Assembly: GCA_050250255.1 (NCBI GenBank)
Contig: JBFWOZ010000042.1
Span: 1-26,507 of the forward strand
Length of the DNA: 26,507 nucleotides
Direction of reading: 5' to 3'
Origin: Bdellovibrionales bacterium
GTDB taxonomy: Bacteria; Bdellovibrionota; Bdellovibrionia; Bdellovibrionales; DASUEL01
A program made the position numbers and the translations under genes. Each line of letters opens with the position of its first letter. Within the stretch, counting starts at the first letter, position 1. Below are positions 7,166-16,274 of this stretch, one piece after another. Below the pieces are notes generated by a model. That model did no database searches and was not told the DNA's origin. It was given only the letters and a program-made list of their open reading frames with translations.

Positions 7166-7468
7166 CTAGTCGTAGTGATCGTCGCGTTTAAGGCCTTGCA
7201 AGCTTTCACCCATAGATTTGACTTCGTTCTCATAGGCTTCAAAAACGGCTTTCTCAATCATCGTTCGCGTTTCACTATTGAGTGGGTGAGCAATGTCTTT
7301 AAACTGCCCATCTTTGCGTTTTTTGCTCGGCATAGCGACGAAGAGACCCGTTGTTCCGTTGATAATCTTAAGATCTCTCACCACAAAGCAATTATCGATC
7401 GTGATCGACACATAGGCCTTGAGGCGTTCTTCATTCACCGGAAACACCTTCACTTCTGTGATTTCCAT
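7166..7468 (-). CDS. spoVG: SpoVG family nucleic-acid-binding regulator
   Basis: [11 protein letters not shown]...[49 protein letters not shown]. Start moved to the ATG at 7468, which follows GAGGAG. Confidence 0.97.
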   Translation of the reverse strand: MEITEVKVFPVNEERLKAYVSITIDNCFVVRDLKIINGTTGLFVAMPSKKRKDGQFKDIAHPLNSETRTMIEKAVFEAYENEVKSMGESLQGLKRDDHYD

Positions 7469-7599
7469 TGTTGCTCCTCTCATTTGCTGTCTTCAACTGA
7501 CGTGCGTGGCGCAAGACAGATCCCGCGCTTAGTCTCTTTACGGACGTTTGGTCAGTAAACTTTAGTCGAGCTTAGGGATTGTCTCAGAGTGAGAGGGAC

Positions 7600-7791
7600 T
7601 TAGTGTTTTTTTAAGTAATCGGTTTCGTCAGTGGGAGCGGCTGAGCCCTCTTGATGTTCTTCAAGAGTTTTTTTGGCGCTACGGCCGGTAATGCCCACCC
7701 ACTCAGGATAAAAGATCATCAGGAGAAAGTAAGCCCCCGTCGTAACAAACACTAAAAAGAAAATCATGATGGCGATCAATCCAGTTTCGAT
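7600..7791 (-). CDS. Small single-pass membrane protein not in the ORF track (55-63 aa depending on start)
   Basis: Open frame directly after degQ: (I/M)ETGLIAIMIFFLVFVTTGAYFLLMIFYPEWVGITGRSAKKTLEEHQEGSAAPTDETDYLKKH. AAGGAG lies 5 nt before ATC (7791). In-frame TTG at 7779 and ATG at 7767. Confidence 0.7.
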   Translation of the reverse strand: METGLIAIMIFFLVFVTTGAYFLLMIFYPEWVGITGRSAKKTLEEHQEGSAAPTDETDYLKKH

Positions 7792-7805
7792 GGGGACTCC
7801 TTTTG

Positions 7806-9230
7806 TTAGTTTGTGGGGCCTTCGATAAATACAAGGCTTACCATCTCTCCACGTTGAATGCGAAGAACATTTACGCCTTCTTTTAAATTTTGCTGAACCG
7901 ACTTCACAGAATCCACGCGCATACGGTTCACATCCAAAATGACGTCGCCAACACGCAAGTTGGAATTTGAAGCCGGTGAGCCAGGTAGAATTTCTGTAAC
8001 CACGGGAGGCTCACGCTTTTGATAAGACATTTGGAGATCTTTCGCCACGTTTGTGGTTAAGCGAGCGAGCTTGAAACCTAAATTGTAAGGAGTTTCTTCT
8101 CCAGAAATGCTTTTTGGTTTTACAGTTACCCGAGGCTTTTCTTTATTAGATTCGATCGTATGTAAAGTCACTTTCGTGCTTCGACCGTTACGAATCATCT
8201 CTACAGTGACTGGTTTTCCTACCGGTTGATCAAGAACTGCGTTTGAAAGATCTCGTGCCGATTTCACTTCGCGCTCACCAAACTTTGTGATGACGTCGTA
8301 AAGCTTAATGCCACCTTTGTCGGCCGGGCTCGCCGGAACAACATTCACGATCAAAGCTCCTTCAGGGGATTTTAATCCTAGTTGCTGAGCCGAACGGAAA
8401 TCTAAGTCCGCTAAAGCCACACCTAAGAATCCACGGCTAATGCGACCTTTTTCTTTGAGTTGTGGGAGAAGTGTTTTGACCGAGTCGATAGGAATAGCAA
8501 AACCAATTCCTTGAGCGCGCGCATCGATCGCCGTATTCACGCCAATCACTTCGCCTTTCATATTTACGAGAGGACCACCAGAGTTTCCGGGGTTGATACT
8601 CGCATCGGTTTGAAGAAAAGGATAAGCGTTGATCTCTTTAATCGAACGACCTTTCGCCGAAATAATTCCTTTACTCATACTGTCGGTATGACCAAAGGGA
8701 TTTCCAAACGCTGCGACCCATTCGCCCACCTGTACGAGGTCACTGGAACCAAGTTTCACCGTGGGTAAATTTTTTCCAGCCGACTTCACGCGAATGAGTG
8801 CGACGTCTGAGCGTTCATCTTTACCAACGAGTTCGGCGTCGTAGAGCTTTTTATCTCCCGACATTTGTACTTTAATTTCGGTTGCGGCATTTACGACGTG
8901 AGTGTTGGTCACGATCAAGCCATCAGATTCAATAATAAAACCGGTTCCGAGAGCCTGTGCGGGTCGGGGACCACGGTCATTTTGTGGACCCATGAACTCT
9001 TCAAAAAAATCAAAGAAGGGGTCGCCCGAACGCGGTCGTTGGAAAACTTGAGCCTTAGAAGATGTAGAAATACTTACGACCGCCGGGTTCACGAGCTTGT
9101 TGAGTTCAATAAAAATATTGGCAGGCAGTGGATCGCTCAGCTTCATGGCATAGCTTTGAGCGTGAGCCTCGGGATTTTGAAAATAAAAAAAGCCTAAAGT
9201 TAGAAGTGTGAAAAAAGATTTTTTAAACAT
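7806..9230 (-). CDS. degP: Periplasmic serine endoprotease, DegP/DegQ (HtrA) family, with two PDZ domains
   Basis: Signal peptide; LGTGFII; TNTHVV (His); SDVALI (Asp); QTDASINPGNSGGPL (Ser); PDZ motifs RGFLGV and SPA...GDVI. Confidence 0.95.
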   Translation of the reverse strand: MFKKSFFTLLTLGFFYFQNPEAHAQSYAMKLSDPLPANIFIELNKLVNPAVVSISTSSKAQVFQRPRSGDPFFDFFEEFMGPQNDRGPRPAQALGTGFIIESDGLIVTNTHVVNAATEIKVQMSGDKKLYDAELVGKDERSDVALIRVKSAGKNLPTVKLGSSDLVQVGEWVAAFGNPFGHTDSMSKGIISAKGRSIKEINAYPFLQTDASINPGNSGGPLVNMKGEVIGVNTAIDARAQGIGFAIPIDSVKTLLPQLKEKGRISRGFLGVALADLDFRSAQQLGLKSPEGALIVNVVPASPADKGGIKLYDVITKFGEREVKSARDLSNAVLDQPVGKPVTVEMIRNGRSTKVTLHTIESNKEKPRVTVKPKSISGEETPYNLGFKLARLTTNVAKDLQMSYQKREPPVVTEILPGSPASNSNLRVGDVILDVNRMRVDSVKSVQQNLKEGVNVLRIQRGEMVSLVFIEGPTN

Positions 9231-9239
9231 ATAAACCTC

Positions 9240-9506
9240 TTATTTTGTACATTGAACAAAGCGCATTTGAAGATCAGAAACCATAAAATCTAAAAACTTT
9301 TTTTCTTCATCATTGAGATTGTTTTTTGTCTTGTCCTGAAGCATAGAGAGGAGATCGATATTAAATCTTGCAAGATGATTATCTTTCTCGATTTTTCCAT
9401 TTGCGGGATTGGGTGAAAGCCCTAGTGCGATTGCCGCACTAGACCCAATGGAGAGCACCAGGGTGGAAAAAGAAGCTTCAATATTTTCTGGTTGGTTGGG
9501 ACTCAC
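9240..9506 (-). CDS. DUF1844 family protein
   Basis: FSTLVLSIGSSAAIALG..PNP...ARFNIDLLSMLQDKTKNNLNDEEKKFL..LQMRFV. Start moved to the GTG at 9506, which follows GGAGGT. Confidence 0.85.
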   Translation of the reverse strand: MSPNQPENIEASFSTLVLSIGSSAAIALGLSPNPANGKIEKDNHLARFNIDLLSMLQDKTKNNLNDEEKKFLDFMVSDLQMRFVQCTK

Positions 9507-9602
9507 GATAAAACCTCCGAATAAAAACATTTTGTCGACATTTTCATTATGGCGATGAATTTGTCGGAGGCAAGGGGCGAAGACAAATTAAAAATTATTA
9601 AT

Positions 9603-9696
9603 CATATAAAAAGTCTCCGGGCCTTTTTTCTGGCTACGTAGCGTCCACTTTGTGAAGCAATGTAGCCAGAAAAAAGGCCCGGAGACTTTTTATATG
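9603..9696. repeat. 35-bp perfect inverted repeat with a 24-nt spacer
   Basis: CATATAAAAAGTCTCCGGGCCTTTTTTCTGGCTAC (9603-9637) and its exact reverse complement (9662-9696). Confidence 0.95.
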
Positions 9697-10526
9697 GGGA
9701 AGTAGCCTACGAGTTTTTCGATACGCTTTTCTACAGGTGGGTGGGCGACGAAAGGTCGGTAAATTTGTCCTGAATGGAGTGGGTTTACGATAAAGATGTG
9801 GCCCGTTGAAGGGGGGATGTCGGCGGTGTCACTTCCAGCATAAGAGTGAAGTTTCCATAGAGCCTGGGCTAAAGCTTGTGGTTCACCGGTGAGTTTGGCG
9901 CCAAGAGCATCGGCTGCATAATAGTGAGCGGAAGCCACGGACAAATGAATGGGGAGTGAGGCAAACCACGAAGTCATAGATTGTAAAAGAAAGGCGGCCC
10001 CGTTTCTTCGTGAGAGCGGACTACTGAGAAACCAGCGATCAAGAGCTATGGGAAAGGCCATCAGTGCTCCTGAAAGAGAGCTGCTGATTCCAAAAGTCAA
10101 TGTATCGAGGCGTTTGATTTTTGCGATTTCAAATGCGAGGACCGCACGCACTTCTTCTGTTGTGAGAATCTTCAAAAGTCCTTCAGTAATATAAATCGTT
10201 CCTCGTTGCCAATTGCGACCTGTGGAAAACGTTGTGGGTAAGCGATGGGGTAAAAGAATGATCTGCGGTCTAGGAATGCGCGCTTGATGCGAAAGTTGCG
10301 TCACCGTTTCTTCTAATTGCCAAGCATCTTGCCCAAGTAAGACTTGCCCACCAAAAATTTTGCGAAGACGAATATCTCCATAAAAATAAACTAAAAAATT
10401 AATCGAGATAACGATCGCAAACCCAACAAGAAGGCCTTTTCTTTCGGCTAAAAAAAATCCGCCCATCAGCAGAGTGATAGAAAGTGTCGAAAGAAATAAC
10501 CAGGGTTTGATCAGATGACTCATCAT
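9690..10526 (-). CDS. HtpX-like M48 membrane protein with a degenerate zinc-binding site
   Basis: HtpX architecture: two N-terminal TM helices, IPRPQI, FSTGRN, ITEGLL..LTTEEVRAVLA, ADALGAKLTG.PQALAQALWKL and HPPVEKRIEKL. HExxH reads FEIAK. Confidence 0.85.
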   Translation of the reverse strand: MMSHLIKPWLFLSTLSITLLMGGFFLAERKGLLVGFAIVISINFLVYFYGDIRLRKIFGGQVLLGQDAWQLEETVTQLSHQARIPRPQIILLPHRLPTTFSTGRNWQRGTIYITEGLLKILTTEEVRAVLAFEIAKIKRLDTLTFGISSSLSGALMAFPIALDRWFLSSPLSRRNGAAFLLQSMTSWFASLPIHLSVASAHYYAADALGAKLTGEPQALAQALWKLHSYAGSDTADIPPSTGHIFIVNPLHSGQIYRPFVAHPPVEKRIEKLVGYFPI

Positions 10527-10664
10527 TTCAATGGTATGTAAGTGGCGAGATTTTGTCTCTCGTTTTTCATAGTGCCTGGCGTTATTTGAAGTCAGGATTT
10601 CCTATTGATATCCATAACTTAAAGGCGTGAAATAGGAAGATCATTAAGAATGAGGAGTTAACTC

Positions 10665-11660
10665 GTGAATCAACCAACAGATCTTAATCAGTTGAACGAA
10701 ATTATTTTAAGAGAGAGTGCTTTTGTCGATCGACTTTTTTCCGAAGTGTCGCAAACCGTGGTCGGACAACGAGAAATGTTGCAAGGACTTCTGATAGGTT
10801 TGATCACCGGTGGACATGTTCTTTTAGAAGGTGTGCCGGGACTCGCAAAAACTTTGACGATTTCTTCGATCTCCAAAGCAGTATCGCTTCAGTTTCAAAG
10901 AATTCAATTCACTCCCGATCTTCTCCCTTCCGACTTGATCGGTACGATGATCTTCAATCCAAAAACTTTTGAATTCGCTCCTAAAAAGGGGCCTGTGTTT
11001 TCTAACATTGTTCTGGCCGACGAGATCAATCGTGCGCCGGCAAAAGTACAGAGTGCTCTTCTTGAGGCGATGGCCGAGAAGCAAGTGACGATTGGTGATG
11101 AAACTCATAAATTGCCAGATCCTTTCTTGGTACTCGCAACGCAGAATCCTCTTGAGCAAGAAGGAACGTATCCGCTTCCAGAAGCACAGATGGATCGTTT
11201 CATGTTTAAAATTCTTGTGGATTACCCCACCAAACAAGATGAGATGGAAATTTTAAATCGTATGTCACGAGATAAAACTCCTACGATCAAGCCGGTGATT
11301 TCTGGTGAAGATTTACTCCGCGCGCGTTCTATCGTCGATTCGATCTACGTCGATGAAAAAGTAAAAAACTACATCATCGAACTCGTCATGGCTTCTCGTC
11401 ATCCAGCGAAGTACGGCTTAAAGCGTATTGCTCCTCTTATTTCTGTGGGTGGTTCTCCTCGAGCAACGATCAATCTGATTCGTGCGGCCAAAGCGGTAGC
11501 ATTTTTAAAACGTCGTGGGTTCGTGACGGTAGAAGACGTGAAATCAATCGCTTATGATGTTTTAAGACACCGTTTGATTCTTACTTTCGAAGCAGAGGCC
11601 GAGAACATGAAGAGCGATGCCGTGATCAAAGAAATTTTAAATCACGTCGAGGTTTCGTGA
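10665..11660 (+). CDS. moxR: MoxR family AAA+ ATPase
   Basis: GHVLLEGVPGLAKT, RIQFTPDLLPSD, LADEINRAPAKVQSALLEAM, ATQNPLEQEGTYPLPEAQMDRF. Confidence 0.97.
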   Translation: MNQPTDLNQLNEIILRESAFVDRLFSEVSQTVVGQREMLQGLLIGLITGGHVLLEGVPGLAKTLTISSISKAVSLQFQRIQFTPDLLPSDLIGTMIFNPKTFEFAPKKGPVFSNIVLADEINRAPAKVQSALLEAMAEKQVTIGDETHKLPDPFLVLATQNPLEQEGTYPLPEAQMDRFMFKILVDYPTKQDEMEILNRMSRDKTPTIKPVISGEDLLRARSIVDSIYVDEKVKNYIIELVMASRHPAKYGLKRIAPLISVGGSPRATINLIRAAKAVAFLKRRGFVTVEDVKSIAYDVLRHRLILTFEAEAENMKSDAVIKEILNHVEVS

Positions 11661-11663
11661 TTA

Positions 11664-12539
11664 ATGTCATTACCCGAAGAGGTTCTTAAACAGGTACGCT
11701 GGTTAGACATCTCCACTCGTAAATTGGTCAATAACCTCTTTGCGGGCGAGTACCATACTGCCTTTAAGGGTTCAGGAATGACCTTCGCCGAGTTTCGTGA
11801 GTATGTACCGGGAGATGATGTTCGTTCCATTTCGTGGACGCTCATGGCCCGTCACGGAAAACCTTTTATTAAAAAATATGATGAAGAGCGCGAGCTCACT
11901 TTGATGCTCGCGATCGATGTTAGCGGTTCTGGCGATTTCGGCAGTGGACAATTTTTAAAAGCTGAAGTGATCGCCTACATCGCGGCTGTTCTAGGTTTTA
12001 GCGCGGCTAAAAATAATGATCGTATTGGGCTTCTGCTTTTTTCCGATCAAGTGGAGCTCTATCTGCCTCCCAAAAAAGGTCGTGGGCATGTGCAACTTAT
12101 TCTCAGCGAAATTTTAAGTTTTAAACCCAAGAGCAAAGGCACGTCTCTCTCCGTAGGCATTCAACATTTATTTGGAGTTTTAAAAAAGCGCGCCACCGTT
12201 TTTCTTTTAAGCGATTTTATGGATAAGGATTTTAATCAAGATCTTAAGCAGCTAGGGCGTCGTCATGATGCCATTGCGGTTTTGGTGCAAGATCCCGCCG
12301 AGATGGCCGTACCCAACATGGGGCTCGTGCAACTGCATGATGCGGAAACCGATGAGATGGTGGTCGTTGATAGTGCAAGCCCACTCTTTCAAAGGCTCTA
12401 TAAAGAAAAAATCTCAACTCAAGTGAAGAGCCGTGATTTAGAACTTCGAAAAGCGCAAGTGGATTGCATACGAATTGTTTCTGGCGAGAAGTTTATAGAT
12501 CCACTTGTTCAGTTTTTCCAATCCCGGCACAGAAGGTAG
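11664..12539 (+). CDS. DUF58 family (VWA-like) protein
   Basis: FKGSGMTFAEFREYVPGDDVRSISW, IDVSGS and FLLSDF; directly follows moxR. Confidence 0.93.
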   Translation: MSLPEEVLKQVRWLDISTRKLVNNLFAGEYHTAFKGSGMTFAEFREYVPGDDVRSISWTLMARHGKPFIKKYDEERELTLMLAIDVSGSGDFGSGQFLKAEVIAYIAAVLGFSAAKNNDRIGLLLFSDQVELYLPPKKGRGHVQLILSEILSFKPKSKGTSLSVGIQHLFGVLKKRATVFLLSDFMDKDFNQDLKQLGRRHDAIAVLVQDPAEMAVPNMGLVQLHDAETDEMVVVDSASPLFQRLYKEKISTQVKSRDLELRKAQVDCIRIVSGEKFIDPLVQFFQSRHRR

Positions 12540-12541
12540 CG

Positions 12542-13432
12542 ATGGCCAGTAAGTGGACTTGCCAATTTGTAAATAGTGATGGCTCGACAGAGGGAGCCGA
12601 GGCCACACCGTCAGTCACGGTCGGACAAGTCCTCACTTTGAACTGCCAAGGTCCTGAAGTGGTCATGGATGTTTCGAAGCTTCGTGTGGTGCCGGTGAGT
12701 CAGCCAGAATTCACTCTTAAACTTTTGAAGTCAGATTTTCAAAATACGAAAGCCCAGTTTCAGTTCGCCTCTTACCGGGTCGGTGAACACAAAAACGTTG
12801 TGCTTGCGGTGACGGACGATAAAAACTTTTTTGAAAGCGATCCCCTCTCTTGGACCGTCAAAACAGTGATTGATCCGCAAAATCCAGAAGCGATGAAACC
12901 TTTCGGCGCTTATGGCCCCTGGAAAATCTCGTGGCCGCTTTGGTATTTCCTCGTTCTCGTTTTGCTGATCGCGGCCGTTTCTTACGCCGTCTATCGCTCC
13001 GTTCAGGCTTACTTGAAAAAGAAAAAGCTTAAAAAAGATGTCGAAGAGTATCGCAAAAAACATAATCCTTTCGATCAATTCCAAAAAGAGCTACGCGCTC
13101 TCCATCGTTTTGTCGATCGCGCAACGGGTGAAGTACCGACGGAAACTCTTAAAGAATGGTTAAAAGACACCAGGAATTCTTCTTTGATTTATTTGAAAAT
13201 GGAATTTGGTGTAGAGACGATGTCCCAGTCGCCTCGCAAAATTGTTCGTGCTATTAAGAAAAAATACCCACGGGCGCCGGAGTCTCGTCTTAATGATCTC
13301 TACTTATACCTTGTGGAGCTTCAGCAAATGCGTTCAAAAGATTTCACACGTCAGGATGTGGATCAAATTTTAAACTGGGCCCAAAAAACGTCTGACCAAG
13401 TCAATCATGATGAGCTTGGGAGAAAACGATGA
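12542..13432 (+). CDS. Bat-operon single-TM hypothetical protein
   Basis: Lies between DUF58 and batA. Beta-rich N-terminal part, TM WPLWYFLVLVLLIAAVSYAVY, helical C-terminal part. The ATG at 12542 is preferred over 12464. Confidence 0.75.
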   Translation: MASKWTCQFVNSDGSTEGAEATPSVTVGQVLTLNCQGPEVVMDVSKLRVVPVSQPEFTLKLLKSDFQNTKAQFQFASYRVGEHKNVVLAVTDDKNFFESDPLSWTVKTVIDPQNPEAMKPFGAYGPWKISWPLWYFLVLVLLIAAVSYAVYRSVQAYLKKKKLKKDVEEYRKKHNPFDQFQKELRALHRFVDRATGEVPTETLKEWLKDTRNSSLIYLKMEFGVETMSQSPRKIVRAIKKKYPRAPESRLNDLYLYLVELQQMRSKDFTRQDVDQILNWAQKTSDQVNHDELGRKR

Positions 13433-14442
13433 TCACCAGCCAGCTTGTTTCGACTTGGGCCTTTTTACTTCTCATTCCACTTGCGGCACTTATTTTTTAT
13501 CGTTGGCTACAGAGAAACAAATCTTTCCCGAGTATTCAATTTAGTGACATCAGTTCTTTTAAAGACGTGCCTAAAGGATTTCGCGCAAAACTCTTTTATT
13601 TGCCGGATGCCTTAAAGGTGTTGGCCTTTTTGTTGGCGATTTATGCATTAGCAAGACCACAAGAATCCAACACACGAATGAAAAAAAATGTTGAGGGGAT
13701 CGACATCGTTCTCACGATGGATATCTCCGACAGTATGTTGATTGAAGACATGGAGCCCGAGAATCGTTACGGGGCTGCGAAAAAAACGGCGATTGATTTT
13801 ATTAAGAGCCGCGTGTCGGACCGTATTGGTCTTGTGCTTTTCTCTGGGGAAGCCTTCACGCGTGTTCCTTTGACTTTAGATTACCCTTTGCTCATCGATG
13901 CTTGCCGGGACATTGCGGTTTCTCGAAAATTAAAAATGGGGACGGCGATTGGGGTAGGTTTAGCAACGGCCATCGCGAGGCTCAAAGATTCCACCGCAAA
14001 AAGCCGAGTCGTGATTCTTTTAACCGATGGAGAAAACAACAGCGGAACGATCGCCCCTGAAACCGCGCTCGAAATTGCAAAAGGTTACGGCATTCGTATT
14101 TATACAATAGGAATTGGTCGTGATGGGCAAACTCAACTTCCGGTGACGGTAACAGATCCTTTTGGTCGACCGGTTAAAACGTATCAGCCATTTTTTAGTA
14201 AAGTAAATCAAGATCTCTTACAAACTTTGGCGACTGAAACCGGTGGGAAATATTACCGAGCGACCGAAACAAAAGATCTCGCCGCCGTCTATCGAGAGAT
14301 CGATCGTCTTGAAAAAACAAAAGTCGAAGTGAACAAATACACAAAATACACCGAGCTCTTTTCCGGGTATTTAAAGTGGGCTCTCTTTTTCTATCTCCTT
14401 TCTTTCGTCGCCGGACGAACTGTCTTAAGGAGGGTACCATAA
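13429..14442 (+). CDS. batA: BatA: aerotolerance-operon VWA domain membrane protein
   Basis: ALARPQ, EGIDIVLTMDISDSM (MIDAS), DRIGLVLF, PLTLD, GTAIG.GL, ILLTDGENNSG, TGGKYYRA. Confidence 0.93.
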   Translation: MITSQLVSTWAFLLLIPLAALIFYRWLQRNKSFPSIQFSDISSFKDVPKGFRAKLFYLPDALKVLAFLLAIYALARPQESNTRMKKNVEGIDIVLTMDISDSMLIEDMEPENRYGAAKKTAIDFIKSRVSDRIGLVLFSGEAFTRVPLTLDYPLLIDACRDIAVSRKLKMGTAIGVGLATAIARLKDSTAKSRVVILLTDGENNSGTIAPETALEIAKGYGIRIYTIGIGRDGQTQLPVTVTDPFGRPVKTYQPFFSKVNQDLLQTLATETGGKYYRATETKDLAAVYREIDRLEKTKVEVNKYTKYTELFSGYLKWALFFYLLSFVAGRTVLRRVP

Positions 14443-16262
14443 TGTTTCGTTTTGCTGACAAAGCTGCATTCTTTTATCTCTGGTTGATCCCGGTCGTGAT
14501 TATTTTAGGTGTTTGGCTCTCGGCTCGAAGCCGTAAGCTTGTAGAAAAGAATTTAGGTTCAAGGCTCACTCCTTATCTCGTGAGTTCGGTCTCTCGTTCT
14601 AAGCGTCGTTGGAAGTTTATCCTCGAAGCTCTCACGATTTTGTTTTTTGTCATTGCGCTGGCGAGACCCCAAATGGGGAGTTCGCTACAAGAAATCAAGA
14701 GCGAGGGAATTGAGATCGTCATTGCTCTCGACGTTTCTAAAAGTATGATGGCTGAAGACAATAGGCCCAATCGTTTAGAAGTGGTGAAGATTGAACTTAA
14801 AAAATTATTAGATCGTTTTTCCGGGGATAAAGTGGGTCTCGTTGTTTTTGCGGGCTCTTCCTTTTTAGCTTCTCCTCTCACCACCGATTACTCTGCGATC
14901 AAAATGTATTTGGATTCGATCACCACAGATTCGGTGAGTTCTCAGGGTACCGAGATTAAACCTGCTCTTGAAGAGGCCATGACCGCTTTTCAGCATGGTG
15001 GCGTGGACCCCGAAGAACAAGTCGCGGTGACAAGAATTATTCTCGTCGCCTCTGACGGAGAAGATCATGACAAGGGCGCTCTGGCTTACGCACAAAAATT
15101 GGCGCAACAAGGTGTTCGTATTTTTGCGCTCGGCGCGGGTACCGTGCAAGGAGCCCCGATTCCTCTTCGTGATGATTTTGGCTATTTAAAAGGGCATCAA
15201 AAAGATGACAAGGGCCAGATTGTCATGAGTACGCATAAAGGAGAATTCCTCACGGAGCTCGCGCAGTCGACCGGTGGGGGGTATTACCACGTCGATGGGG
15301 GTGCGGCGCAGATGGATCAGCTCAAGGCCCAGTTTGATCGATTTCAAAAGGCGCAATTTGAATCGCAAATGGCAACGGAATATGACGAGCGCTTTCAGAT
15401 CTTCTTGCTGCTAGGACTTCTTTTTGGATTCTTGGAATTCTTTTTAAGCGAAAGAACTTCTCGTTACTCAAGTTTCCGTTGGCGCTCTCGTGTGGCAGGT
15501 CTTGGTTCGCAGACAACAATCTCGTCAGTGGTGTTCTTGTTGCTCTTTTCTTTGCCGGCATTTGGTACAGATATTTTAACTCCCGAAATCATTCGAAAAA
15601 ATAATGAAGCGGCCACTTTACTAGAGCAAGAGAAATTCTCTGAAGCATATCGCGCGACAACTGAAGCCTTGGGCCAAGCGCCTTTTCAACCCGAAGTACG
15701 GTTGAACTTAGGACTCGCGTTTGAAAAGAACGGGGAGAACGAAAAGGCCGTAAAAGAATATTTAGCGGTCGCCAAAGATGAGAAAGTAGATTCTCAACGA
15801 CGTTTTGAGGCGTACTTTAATGCGGCCCGAGTTTCTGGCGATCTCAAAAAAGTTCCTCAGGCGATTGAGCTCTATCAACAGGCTCTCGCCATTAATCCAG
15901 AGAGCGTAGAGGCAAAAACCAACATCGAGTTACTCCTCCAACAGCAATCGGGTGGTGGTGGTAAAGACGATCAGGACAAAAAGCAGGACGAGAAAGATCA
16001 AAAAGACAAACAGGACCAAAAGGGTGGAAAACCCAATGAGCCAAAAGACGATAAAAAGGACGGGCAGAAGGACGCGCCAGGCCAACCTCAGCCCCCTTCT
16101 CCACAACAGGGGAAACAAAAGCCTCGTCCTTTTAAAAGTGAGGAATTGTCAGAGAACGATGTGAAGAATATCCTAGAAGAACTAAAAAGGCAGGAACAGA
16201 AAAACCGAGCCAAGATGCAAGAAAAGCAAATGGATGAGTCCAGCGGTGGACCGGAATGGTAA
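14442..16262 (+). CDS. BatB (VWA) fused to a BatC-like TPR and Q/K/D-rich region
   Basis: ALARPQMG, ALDVSKSM and SDGEDH, then two hydrophobic segments, TPRs (AIELYQQALAINPESVEAKTNIELL), a QKDQ-rich tail and a terminal Trp. The start at 14442 overlaps the batA stop (TAATG). Confidence 0.88.
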   Translation: MFRFADKAAFFYLWLIPVVIILGVWLSARSRKLVEKNLGSRLTPYLVSSVSRSKRRWKFILEALTILFFVIALARPQMGSSLQEIKSEGIEIVIALDVSKSMMAEDNRPNRLEVVKIELKKLLDRFSGDKVGLVVFAGSSFLASPLTTDYSAIKMYLDSITTDSVSSQGTEIKPALEEAMTAFQHGGVDPEEQVAVTRIILVASDGEDHDKGALAYAQKLAQQGVRIFALGAGTVQGAPIPLRDDFGYLKGHQKDDKGQIVMSTHKGEFLTELAQSTGGGYYHVDGGAAQMDQLKAQFDRFQKAQFESQMATEYDERFQIFLLLGLLFGFLEFFLSERTSRYSSFRWRSRVAGLGSQTTISSVVFLLLFSLPAFGTDILTPEIIRKNNEAATLLEQEKFSEAYRATTEALGQAPFQPEVRLNLGLAFEKNGENEKAVKEYLAVAKDEKVDSQRRFEAYFNAARVSGDLKKVPQAIELYQQALAINPESVEAKTNIELLLQQQSGGGGKDDQDKKQDEKDQKDKQDQKGGKPNEPKDDKKDGQKDAPGQPQPPSPQQGKQKPRPFKSEELSENDVKNILEELKRQEQKNRAKMQEKQMDESSGGPEW

Positions 16263-16274
16263 TGAGACGCACCG

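Noticed and set aside
7139..7558. 139-aa plus-strand ORF, and similar antisense or alternate-frame ORFs inside degQ, moxR, the bat genes and the S8 gene
   Set aside because: They are shadows of well-supported genes and lack ribosome-binding sites or motifs.
15950..16120. Purine-rich repetitive stretch
   Set aside because: It encodes the Q/K/D-rich low-complexity linker typical of BatC-like proteins.
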